NCBI GenBank assembly: GCA_963716255.1
Contig: OY970303.1
Span: forward strand, 5,504,001-5,568,000
Direction of reading: 5' to 3'
DNA from: an uncultured Gemmatimonadales bacterium
GTDB lineage: Bacteria > Gemmatimonadota > Gemmatimonadetes > Longimicrobiales > Longimicrobiaceae
DNA length: 64,000 nt
Made by a program: the position numbers and the translations under genes. Below the pieces are notes generated by a model. It did not search any database and was not told where the DNA came from. It was given only the letters and a program-made list of their open reading frames with translations. This document shows positions 1 through 8,041 of this stretch, one piece after another. Positions within the stretch are counted from its first letter, which is position 1; each line of letters opens with the position of its first letter.

Positions 1-56
1 CGGGTCTCGCCCCTTCGGGCCGAAATCCCTCACGCGGGTATCGAGCTGGCGTCCGC
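1..56 (+). repeat. Structured intergenic repeat, copy 1 (truncated by window edge)
   Basis: cgggtctcgccccttcgggccgaaatccctcacgcggg-N6-gctggcgtccgc matches the 3' part of the copies at 1287, 24683 (reverse), 36527 and 44428. Confidence 0.9.
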
Positions 57-94
57 ACGGGACAACCCGCGGCGGCCTTCCGCTTCCTCTCTCC

Positions 95-1243
95 TCAGCC
101 GATCCCCAGCTCCGCGACGATGGCGCGGACCCGCTCGCCCCATGCGTCCCAGTTCAGGCGGGCTTCGAACTCGTCGCGGCTGGACTCGCACAGGGCTTCG
201 TAGCCGCGCGGGTCCTCCACCACGCGGGCGATGCGCTCGGCGTACGCCTCGCCCCCGGCCTCGGGGGGGAGGGTGAAGCCATTCCTTCCCTCGCGCACCA
301 GCGAGGGGACGCCGCCCGTGCGGGTGGCGAGCGAGGGGAGGGCGTACGCGGCGGCCTCGCAGTACACCACCCCGGCGCACTCGCAGCGCGAGGGGAGGAT
401 GAAGAAGTCGGCCCCGGTCCACAGCCGCTCGAACTCGCGGCGCTGCTCCGGGACCTGCTTGTTGAGGAAGGGGACCACGCGCAGGCGGGGGTGGCGGACG
501 TGGGCCGGCGGGGTGCACCCCACCACCGTCAATTCCGCGTCGATCCCCAGCGCCAGCAGGTGGAGCAGGGCGGCGAAGGCGATCTCCCCGCCCTTGGTCT
601 CCCACAGGACGCCCACGAACAGCAGCCGCACGCGCGCGCCCAGCCTGCGGGGGAGGACGTCCTCCCGGCGCGGCGGGTCCGGGAGGTTGGCGCCGATGAA
701 GACGGTGTGCACGCGCGCGGGGTCGGCGCCGTAGTCGCGCACCGCGGAGTCCGCCGCCCAGTCCGAGGCGAAGAGCGACGCCGCGGCCTTTGCCAGCGTA
801 CGACGCTCCATCTCCTCCGCGGCGCGGTCGCTGCGCTCCACGACGTTGGTGAAGTTGGGGTAGTAGCCCCGGATGACGCGCCAGGTGGAATCGGCGTAGT
901 AGACCACCGGGACGTCCGTCTCCAGGTACGCCACCGAGGAGGAGGCGGCGGGCGCGAACACCAGGTCCGGCCGGGCGCGGGCGATGCGGCGCGAGAACAG
1001 GTGGCCGTAGTAGCGGGCCAGGAGGGGCTCGTGGTCGTAGCTGTACTCCCTGCCCGTGGCCTCCAGCACCAGGCGGCGCGCCACGCGGAAGGGGAGCATC
1101 TTCACGGGCACCGGCGACAGGTCCACCACGTCGCCCACGTGGCGCTCCACCGCGCCCTTGGCGAAGTGCACCGTCCCCGACCACGTTCGCACGTCCCGGG
1201 CGTCGCGGTGCTGGATCAGCGCCACCCGCGGCCGGTCAGGCAT
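95..1243 (-). CDS. GT4 family glycosyltransferase
   Basis: RLLFVGVLWETKGG and DFFILPSRCECAGVVYCEAAAYALP (EX7E-type) motifs. Start set at ATG 1243 (MPDRPRV) because the upstream ORF extension runs into the repeat. Confidence 0.9.
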   Translation of the reverse strand: MPDRPRVALIQHRDARDVRTWSGTVHFAKGAVERHVGDVVDLSPVPVKMLPFRVARRLVLEATGREYSYDHEPLLARYYGHLFSRRIARARPDLVFAPAASSSVAYLETDVPVVYYADSTWRVIRGYYPNFTNVVERSDRAAEEMERRTLAKAAASLFASDWAADSAVRDYGADPARVHTVFIGANLPDPPRREDVLPRRLGARVRLLFVGVLWETKGGEIAFAALLHLLALGIDAELTVVGCTPPAHVRHPRLRVVPFLNKQVPEQRREFERLWTGADFFILPSRCECAGVVYCEAAAYALPSLATRTGGVPSLVREGRNGFTLPPEAGGEAYAERIARVVEDPRGYEALCESSRDEFEARLNWDAWGERVRAIVAELGIG

Positions 1244-1286
1244 ATGCGTCGTGCCGGCTGGGGTTGGAACGGCTCCTGACGGCGGG

Positions 1287-1439
1287 TTCGGGCGTGCCCC
1301 CGGCTGCGCCGGGGTCGGGCTTCGGCTCCGTAGCAGACGAAACAACCGTCTGCAACGGAGTCGAGCCCCGCGAAACTGCCCGCGGGTCTCGCCCCTTCGG
1401 GCCGAAATCCCTCACGCGGGGCATCGTGCTGGCGTCCGC
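1287..1439 (+). repeat. Structured intergenic repeat, copy 2 (candidate ncRNA or ssDNA element)
   Basis: ttcgggcgtgccccc...gaaatccctcacgcggg...gctggcgtccgc; variable stem GCAGACG-aaacaac-CGTCTGC at 1333-1353. Confidence 0.92.
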
Positions 1440-1470
1440 CGGGCGCCGCCTGTCCGGCACACCGTCGTTC

Positions 1471-1507
1471 TCCCCTCCCCCTTGCGGGGAGGGGCCGGGG
1501 GAGGGGG
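1471..1507. repeat. REP-like purine/pyrimidine hairpin
   Basis: cccctcccc-cttgc-ggggagggg followed by ccgggggagggg; related hairpins near 24625, 36711 and 44608. Confidence 0.6.
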
Positions 1508-1548
1508 TCGCCGTCGCCGTGTGGCGGGCCGGATCCACGGCGGCCGCG

Positions 1549-3231
1549 TCAGCGCCCCGGGACCACACCGATCCGGACGATGGTGTTGTTGACGTCCGTG
1601 GCGCCGTTGCCGAACGGGTTGTTCAGGGGCCCCTGGAACAGGTAGTTGTAGCGGACCTCGCGCGCCACCTCGGCGAAGAAGTCCGCGCCCAGGAGCCGGA
1701 GCCCGCCGCGCAGCCCGCCGAACACCGAAACGTCGTGCCCCACCTCCTTGAAGATGGAGAACGAGGTGCCGTACACGTCGTTGTCCCAGCGCACCCTCCC
1801 GCCGAACGCCCCCAGGCGCCATCTCCCGGCCAGGTAGTCGCCCGCCAGCCACTGCGACGACGAGCCGGGGCCCGTCGCCGCGCCCACCACCTGCCCGCGG
1901 TGGGTGTAGCCCTGCGGCACCGAGTTGCCCACGTAGTACGACGGGACCGGGCGGTTGTCGAAGGTGGAGCTTTCCTCCAGGTACGAGAGCTCGGTCTGCA
2001 GGCGGAGGATCGCGGGCCCGCGGAGCGGCCGCGCCCACTGCGCCCCCAGCGTGTACCCCTGCGAGTGGCCGGGCTGGTTGAGCATCTCCGTCACCGACGC
2101 GGGGAGCTCCAGCCGGGCCCACTCGGCGTACACCTCCAGCCCGTTCCGCGGGAAGACCCAGCGCCCGAAGACCGAGAGGATCTGGTCGAAGCCGGGGTTG
2201 GCGAGGCTCACCCGGAAGCTGTCCGCCACCGTCGAGCCGGAGCTGGGGATGGCCTCCGTCACCACCCGCGGGCGCTCCCAGTGGCGGAACACGTCGAAGG
2301 CGCGCTTCGGCAGCTCGGACCGGCCGTTCAGGCTCACGTACACCACGCGCGCGACGCCCAGGGTGAGGTCGGGGACCGGAGCGGGGCGGAAGGTGGCCGC
2401 GAGCCCGCTGAGCGAGCGGAAGTCGTTGGCCGCGTCCGCGTCGAAGAAGAGCGACTCGGCAAGCCCCCCCACGACCCACTTTCCCTCGAACGCGCCCACC
2501 CGCGTCCGCAGCGGGGCGGCGGTGCGCAGGAAGACGTGCGGGAACCCCTCCGCGTGGTTGCTCATCACCACCGCGGTGTGCATCCCCGGGCCCCACCACT
2601 GGTTTTCCGTGGCCGCGCCGGCCGCCACCGGCCCGGCCGTCACCGTCAGCGAGCTCTGCCCCGGCCCCACCATGGCGACCGGCCGGTCGCCGAAGCGGAT
2701 GGGGAGGTCCACGGTGAGGGCGCCCGCGTACCAGGGCGGAAAGAACACGCTGCGCCCCGCCGAGTCCTGCGGGACCAGCTCGAACTCGCGGTTCTGCGAC
2801 CAGGTGAACTGCGGGGCGAGCACCAGCGCCACCGGCCCGGCCGCCACGCGCACGCCGGCGGTCACCTGCGCGCTCAGCCCCCGCCCGGCCCACAGGGCGC
2901 CGTCGTTGAGCGAGAAGGGGATGGCCGAGTTCCACGCCAGCCCCGCCTCCGCGGGGATCACGGACCAGCGCAGCCCCGGCCCCGCGGGCCCGCCGTCGCG
3001 CGACGAGGGCGAGCGCACCAGGAACCCGTCGGTGGACTCGCGCCCCAGCACCTGGCGAACGCGGGCGAGGTCCTCCTGCGCGCTGCCGATGGAGGGGAGC
3101 GGCCGGAAGACGGCCTCCGTGGACAGCGAATCGCCCGCCTGCGCGTGCAGCGCAGCGGGCGGTACGAGGAGCGCCAGGAGGGCCAGAGCCCGGGCGAAGC
3201 GACGTGGGACGGTCATTCGTTCATGCGCCAT
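1549..3231 (-). CDS. Capsule assembly Wzi-like outer-membrane beta-barrel (type A, copy 1)
   Basis: Signal peptide (ALALLALLVPPAALHAQ); DLPIRFGD, ENQWWGPG...MSNHAEGFPH and GYTHRGQVVGA motifs; alternating beta-strand pattern. Alternative start at 3216. Confidence 0.75.
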   Translation of the reverse strand: MAHERMTVPRRFARALALLALLVPPAALHAQAGDSLSTEAVFRPLPSIGSAQEDLARVRQVLGRESTDGFLVRSPSSRDGGPAGPGLRWSVIPAEAGLAWNSAIPFSLNDGALWAGRGLSAQVTAGVRVAAGPVALVLAPQFTWSQNREFELVPQDSAGRSVFFPPWYAGALTVDLPIRFGDRPVAMVGPGQSSLTVTAGPVAAGAATENQWWGPGMHTAVVMSNHAEGFPHVFLRTAAPLRTRVGAFEGKWVVGGLAESLFFDADAANDFRSLSGLAATFRPAPVPDLTLGVARVVYVSLNGRSELPKRAFDVFRHWERPRVVTEAIPSSGSTVADSFRVSLANPGFDQILSVFGRWVFPRNGLEVYAEWARLELPASVTEMLNQPGHSQGYTLGAQWARPLRGPAILRLQTELSYLEESSTFDNRPVPSYYVGNSVPQGYTHRGQVVGAATGPGSSSQWLAGDYLAGRWRLGAFGGRVRWDNDVYGTSFSIFKEVGHDVSVFGGLRGGLRLLGADFFAEVAREVRYNYLFQGPLNNPFGNGATDVNNTIVRIGVVPGR

Positions 3232-3232
3232 G

Positions 3233-3277
3233 GAGAGCACTTGCCGGACAAGAATCGAGAGCACTTGCTAGACAAGA
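3233..3277. repeat. 21-bp direct repeat with 24-bp period
   Basis: gagagcacttgccggacaaga (3233-3253) and gagagcacttgctagacaaga (3257-3277). Confidence 0.8.
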
Positions 3278-3316
3278 CAAGCGGCCTAGGATAACATTCT
3301 CCCCGAGATAAGTCCA
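3269..3316. promoter_or_regulatory. Putative bidirectional sigma70-type promoter, module 1
   Basis: + strand TAGACA(3269)-N17-TAACAT(3292); - strand TGGACT(3316)-N17-TATCCT(3293) with TG extension; same layout at 46723-46770. Confidence 0.6.
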
Positions 3317-3433
3317 ACTGCCGCACCGCCCAGCGCTCCCGTGAAGGACACGGGGCCGGGATGTGACGTGCCGCGCCGGAGGGGCGTCCACTCTCCCGTC
3401 TCACCGGCGCATCCCACTCGAGCAGGTCCAAAG

Positions 3434-5167
3434 ATGATCTTCAGACCGTCGAACGGGGGCTCCGGTCACATTCCGCCGCGGCGTCCCCTCCGATGGGTCC
3501 TTTCGCCGCGGTCCCGTCGCGCTCCGCTGCGCCGGGCGCTGCTCGTGCTCCCGCTGCTCCTCCTCGCCGTTCCGGCCGCCGCGCAGACCGCGGGGCCTGC
3601 GGAGTCCGCGGCGACGCTGGGCGAGGTGCTTCCCGGCGGCGAGCTGGAAGGCTACCTCCGCCTCCTGCAGGTGGCGGGGAAGACGCGCGCCTACCCGTGG
3701 TCGGTCCGGGGCTTCTCGCCCGGCGAGGTGGAGCGGCTGGCGCCCCGCGACTCGGCGCACCCGTGGGCCGGCCGCTACACCTTCGCGGACGGCGCCCCGG
3801 CGGGCGAGCCGCGGGTGCACGTGCACCCGGTGCGCACCCGGGCGGTGTTCAACTCGGCGTTCCCGTACGGCGGCAACGACGGCGCGGTGTGGGCCGGGAA
3901 GGGGCTCACCACGGCGGTGGAGGCGGGGGTGACGGCGCGCTGGCGCTGGCTCTCGCTGACCCTCGCCCCGGTGGCGTTCCGCGCCGAGAACGCCGAGTTC
4001 GAGCTGGAGGAGGGGGAGACGCCAGGCCCGGACCCGTTCGTGGACGCCCGGCACCCCAACCAGATCGACCTGCCGCAGCGCTTCGGCGACGGGGCGTACG
4101 CGCGGATCGACCCGGGGCAGAGCACCCTGCGCGCCGACGTGGGCCCCGCCGCCGTGGGGATCTCCACGGCCAACCAGGTGTGGGGGCCGGCGTTCGACTA
4201 CCCCATCATGCAGGGGAACAACGCGCCCGGGTTCGTGCACGCCTTTTTGGGCACGTCCCGGCCCGTGGACCTGTGGATCGGCAAGCTGCACGGGCGGGCG
4301 TTCTGGGGCCGCCTGGAGGAATCGCCGTACTCCCCCACGGTGGCGGACTCGGCGGTGCGCTTCGGCACGGGGCTGGTGGTGGCCTTCTCGCCGCGGGGGG
4401 TGCCGGGGCTGGAGTTCGGCTTCAGCCGCTTCTTCCACATGCCCTGGCCGGAGGGCGGCCCGGGGGGGACGGAGATCTTCAAGCCGCTGGAGACCTTCTT
4501 CAAGGTCAACCTGTACAGCGTCATCCAGGGGAACGACACCATCGAGTCCAGCGAGTCCGTGGTCGCCAACCAGCTGGCGGCCGCCTTCGGACGATGGGTG
4601 TTCCCGGAGAGCGGGCTGGAGCTGTACGGCGAGCTGGCGAGCGAAGACCACCGCCACAACCTGCGCGACTGGCTCCTGGAGCCCGACCACGCCACCACCT
4701 ACAGCCTGGGCTTCCGCAAGGTGTGGGTGCGGGACGAGCGGCACTTCTGGTCGCTGCGCGGCGAGCTGCTCAACGGGCAGGCGTCGCACCTGGCGCGCAC
4801 CCGCCGGCAGGACCCGTTCTACATCCACGCGCACACCCGGCAGGGGCACACCAGCCGCGGGCAGCTGCTGGGCTCGCCCGAGGCGTACGGGGGCGCGGCG
4901 TCCACCGTCGCGGCGGACTTCTACCACCCGGGCGGCCGGGTCACGGGCTTCTGGAAGCGCGCGGTGCGCCAGGAGCAGGGCCGGTTCCTCGCCACCGGCG
5001 TGGTGGAAACGCCCGACGTGATGCAGAGCCTGGGCGCCGAGGCGCTCCTCTTCCGCGGGCGGTGGGAGCTGGTGGGCGGGCTGGAGGGAGTGTACGACTT
5101 CAACCGGAACTACGTGTCCGACGTGGCCAACCTGAGCGCCACGCTCGGAGTGCGGGCGCGGCTCTGA
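3434..5167 (+). CDS. Capsule assembly Wzi-like outer-membrane beta-barrel (type B, copy 1)
   Basis: Signal peptide (LLLLAVPAAAQ); IDLPQRFGDG, NQVWGPA...GNNAPGF and QGHTSRGQLLG motifs; paralog of 46809-48443. Start uncertain. Confidence 0.75.
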   Translation: MIFRPSNGGSGHIPPRRPLRWVLSPRSRRAPLRRALLVLPLLLLAVPAAAQTAGPAESAATLGEVLPGGELEGYLRLLQVAGKTRAYPWSVRGFSPGEVERLAPRDSAHPWAGRYTFADGAPAGEPRVHVHPVRTRAVFNSAFPYGGNDGAVWAGKGLTTAVEAGVTARWRWLSLTLAPVAFRAENAEFELEEGETPGPDPFVDARHPNQIDLPQRFGDGAYARIDPGQSTLRADVGPAAVGISTANQVWGPAFDYPIMQGNNAPGFVHAFLGTSRPVDLWIGKLHGRAFWGRLEESPYSPTVADSAVRFGTGLVVAFSPRGVPGLEFGFSRFFHMPWPEGGPGGTEIFKPLETFFKVNLYSVIQGNDTIESSESVVANQLAAAFGRWVFPESGLELYGELASEDHRHNLRDWLLEPDHATTYSLGFRKVWVRDERHFWSLRGELLNGQASHLARTRRQDPFYIHAHTRQGHTSRGQLLGSPEAYGGAASTVAADFYHPGGRVTGFWKRAVRQEQGRFLATGVVETPDVMQSLGAEALLFRGRWELVGGLEGVYDFNRNYVSDVANLSATLGVRARL

Positions 5168-5193
5168 GCATACAACCAGGGGAACGGCACAGG

Positions 5194-6567
5194 ATGGACG
5201 AACAGGGCGCTCTGCTGGCGCGGATCGAGGACGGCACGGCGATCGCCGGGGTCGTCGGCCTGGGGTACGTGGGCCTCCCGCTGGCGGTGGAGATCGCGCG
5301 CAGCGGATACCGGGTGCTGGGCTTCGACATCACCGAGGCGGTGGTGGAGGGGATAAACCGTGGCGAGAGCCACATCCTGGACGTGGACGGGGAGACCGTC
5401 CGCGAGCTGGTGGCGCAGGGGCTCCTCGCCGCCACCTCCGACCTGTCGCGCCTGGCGGAGTGCGACGTGGTGTCGGTGTGCGTGCCCACCCCGCTCAACA
5501 AGACCAAGGACCCCGACCTCTCGTACGTGGTGGCGGCGGGGCACGCGGTGCTGCACGCCCTGCGCCCCGGCCAGCTGGTGATCCTGGAAAGCACCACCTA
5601 CCCCGGCACCACGCGCGAGGTGCTGCTCCCGCTCCTGGGCGAGTCGGGCCACGGGGTGGGGGAGGAGTTCTTCCTGTGCTTCTCGCCCGAGCGGGTGGAC
5701 CCCGGCAACCCGGTCTGGCACACCCGCAACACCCCCAAGGTCATCGGCGGCGTCACTCCGGCGTGCCTGGAGGCGGGTCTCGCTTTCTACGCCCGCGTGT
5801 TCGACACCATGGTCCCGGTGGAGAGCGCGGAGGCGGCGGAGCTGACCAAGGTGTACGAGAACACCTTCCGCATGATCAACATCGCCCTTGCCAACGAGCT
5901 GGCGCAGGCCTGCGACCGCCTGGGTGTGGACGTGTGGGGGGTGATCGAGGCGGCGGCGACCAAGCCGTTCGGCTTCATGAAGTTCACGCCGGGGCCGGGG
6001 CTGGGCGGGCACTGCATTCCGCTGGACCCGCACTACCTGTCGTGGAAGATGAGGACGCTGGCCTTCAAGACGCGCATGATCGAGCTGGCCAGCGAGATCA
6101 ACTCCGAGATGCCGGCCTTCGTGGTGCGCAAGGTCGCCGACGCCCTCAACGACGAGAGCAAAGCGGTGCGCGGCAGCCGCGTGCTGGTGCTCGGAGTTTC
6201 CTACAAAAAGGACATCGACGACCTTCGCGAGAGCCCGGCGCTGGAGATCATCGAGCTGCTGCAGGCCAAGGGGGCGGAGGTGTCGTTCCACGACCCGTAC
6301 TGCACCGTCATCGGCGACGACGGGCACACGCCGCTCCGCGACCTGCCCATGCACAGCCTGGAGCTCACCGGCGAGCTGCTGGAGGAGACCGACGCGGTGG
6401 TGGTCGTCACCGACCACGCCGGCGTGGACTACCGGCTGGTCGCGGAGCGCGCCCGGCTGGTGGTGGACACTCGCGGGACCATGCGCGGTATCGAGGGTTC
6501 GGCGCGGGTGGTGGGGCTCTCCGGCGAGGCGCGGGAGCCCATGGAGCTGGTCGGGGGGGCGGCTTGA
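5194..6567 (+). CDS. Nucleotide-sugar dehydrogenase (UDP-HexNAc 6-dehydrogenase, WbpA/WecC-like)
   Basis: GLGYVGLP Rossmann motif, [34 protein letters not shown]. Confidence 0.92.
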   Translation: MDEQGALLARIEDGTAIAGVVGLGYVGLPLAVEIARSGYRVLGFDITEAVVEGINRGESHILDVDGETVRELVAQGLLAATSDLSRLAECDVVSVCVPTPLNKTKDPDLSYVVAAGHAVLHALRPGQLVILESTTYPGTTREVLLPLLGESGHGVGEEFFLCFSPERVDPGNPVWHTRNTPKVIGGVTPACLEAGLAFYARVFDTMVPVESAEAAELTKVYENTFRMINIALANELAQACDRLGVDVWGVIEAAATKPFGFMKFTPGPGLGGHCIPLDPHYLSWKMRTLAFKTRMIELASEINSEMPAFVVRKVADALNDESKAVRGSRVLVLGVSYKKDIDDLRESPALEIIELLQAKGAEVSFHDPYCTVIGDDGHTPLRDLPMHSLELTGELLEETDAVVVVTDHAGVDYRLVAERARLVVDTRGTMRGIEGSARVVGLSGEAREPMELVGGAA

Positions 6568-6615
6568 CCCGGACGCGCGCGCGGCGCGCCGCGGCTCCGG
6601 CCGCCGCGCACAGGA

Positions 6616-6644
6616 TTGCGTGGGCCGCGCCCGCGATGTATGAT
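6616..6644 (+). promoter_or_regulatory. Putative sigma70 promoter upstream of fcl
   Basis: TTGCGT(6616)-N17-TATGAT(6639) in intergenic DNA. Confidence 0.5.
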
Positions 6645-6720
6645 CTTCAGCTTCATCCGCGCCGGAGCCGGCCGCGCGGGCGAGTTTGGTCTCCACCGTG
6701 CAAATGCTGGAGCTTGATTG

Positions 6721-7728
6721 GTGAATGAGACTGGTGGCTCCCGCGCCGGCGGGGAAGAGCGGGAGCTGACGCCGCAGTTCTGGCGCGGGAAGCGGGTGCT
6801 GGTGACGGGAGGATCGGGGTTCCTGGGCTCGCACATCGTGGAGCGCCTGGAGGCCCTGGGGGTGGAGCGGCCGTTCGTGCCGCGGCGACGGGACTTCGAC
6901 CTCACCGAGCAGGCCGAGGTCCGCCGCCTGTACCGGGAGGCCAGGCCCGACCTGGTCCTGCACCTCGCGGCGGAGGTGGGGGGGATCGGCGCCAACCGTG
7001 AGAACCCGGGGCGCTTCTTCTACGCCAACGCGGCCATGGGCATCCACCTCATCGAGGAGGCCCGCCGCGCCGGTGTGGACAAGTTCGTGCAGCTGGGAAC
7101 CATCTGCGCCTACCCCAAGTTCACCCCCGTCCCCTTCCGCGAAGAAGCCCTCTGGGACGGCTACCCGGAAGAGACCAACGCCCCCTACGGGATCGCGAAG
7201 AAGGCGCTGCTGGTGCAGCTCCAGGCGTACCGCGACCAGTACGGCTTCGACGGCATCTACCTGCTCCCGGTGAACCTGTACGGCCCGCGGGACAACTTCG
7301 ACCCGCAGAGCAGCCACGTCATCCCGGCGCTGGTGCGCAAGATGGTGGAGGCGCAGGAGTCGGGCGCGGACGAGGTGGTGCTGTGGGGAACCGGCTCCGC
7401 CTCGCGCGAGTTCCTGTACGTGGACGACTGCGCGCGCGGGGTGCTCCTGGCGGCCGAGCACTACGGGGGGGAGGAGCCCGTCAACCTGGGCACCGGGAGC
7501 GAGATCCGCGTCCGCGAGCTGGCCGTGCTGATCGCGGAGGTGGTGGGCTACCGGGGGAGGCTGGTCCAGGACCCCACCAAGCCGGACGGGCAGCCGCGAC
7601 GCTGCCTGGACACCTCCCGCGCTTTGCAGCATTTCGGGTTTCGTGCCCACATGGACTTCCGCCGCGGCCTGGAGGAGACGGTGCGCTGGTTCCGCGCATC
7701 GCGCTCGGCCCCGGCCGGGGTCGCGTAG
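6721..7728 (+). CDS. fcl: GDP-L-fucose synthase-like NAD(P)-dependent epimerase/reductase
   Basis: [66 protein letters not shown]. Confidence 0.9.
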   Translation: MNETGGSRAGGEERELTPQFWRGKRVLVTGGSGFLGSHIVERLEALGVERPFVPRRRDFDLTEQAEVRRLYREARPDLVLHLAAEVGGIGANRENPGRFFYANAAMGIHLIEEARRAGVDKFVQLGTICAYPKFTPVPFREEALWDGYPEETNAPYGIAKKALLVQLQAYRDQYGFDGIYLLPVNLYGPRDNFDPQSSHVIPALVRKMVEAQESGADEVVLWGTGSASREFLYVDDCARGVLLAAEHYGGEEPVNLGTGSEIRVRELAVLIAEVVGYRGRLVQDPTKPDGQPRRCLDTSRALQHFGFRAHMDFRRGLEETVRWFRASRSAPAGVA

Positions 7729-8041
7729 CGGACACCCCGATTCCCGCGCCTTCACGGTGCGGGAACGGGACATGCGTGACCCTCGGCCCCGATCCGTCGT
7801 CTACAGGCGGTCGGGCTCCGGGGGACGCGTGAAAGGCCTCGTCGGGAGCCGTTGAGGGGTTACGTGTGGCGTTCGAGGCGATTTACGTGGCGACCTCCCT
7901 GGAGACCGGTATCATCCCTTCCCGAGACTTCGATCCGCGGCCCGTCCTGCGGGGCGGCGCGGTGACCTCCGAGTGCTGCCGTATGGCCTTCGCCTCGCAC
8001 CGGGGCGCGGGTACTCTGACTTTCACGCTCCGATTCACCTG

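Noticed and set aside
3493..5193. Apparent 1024-aa fusion ORF ending in the dehydrogenase
   Set aside because: The N-terminal part is an off-frame read through the Wzi-like gene; the real start is ATG 5194. Similar false extensions affect many track ORFs (16960, 20561, 21316, 22401, 48758, 49771, 55753).
7729..8041. Long intergenic region with a hairpin (7741-7765) and a tttacgtg repeat, considered as JUMPstart/ops or a riboswitch
   Set aside because: No GGCGGTAG ops core and no recognisable aptamer; too little evidence to call.
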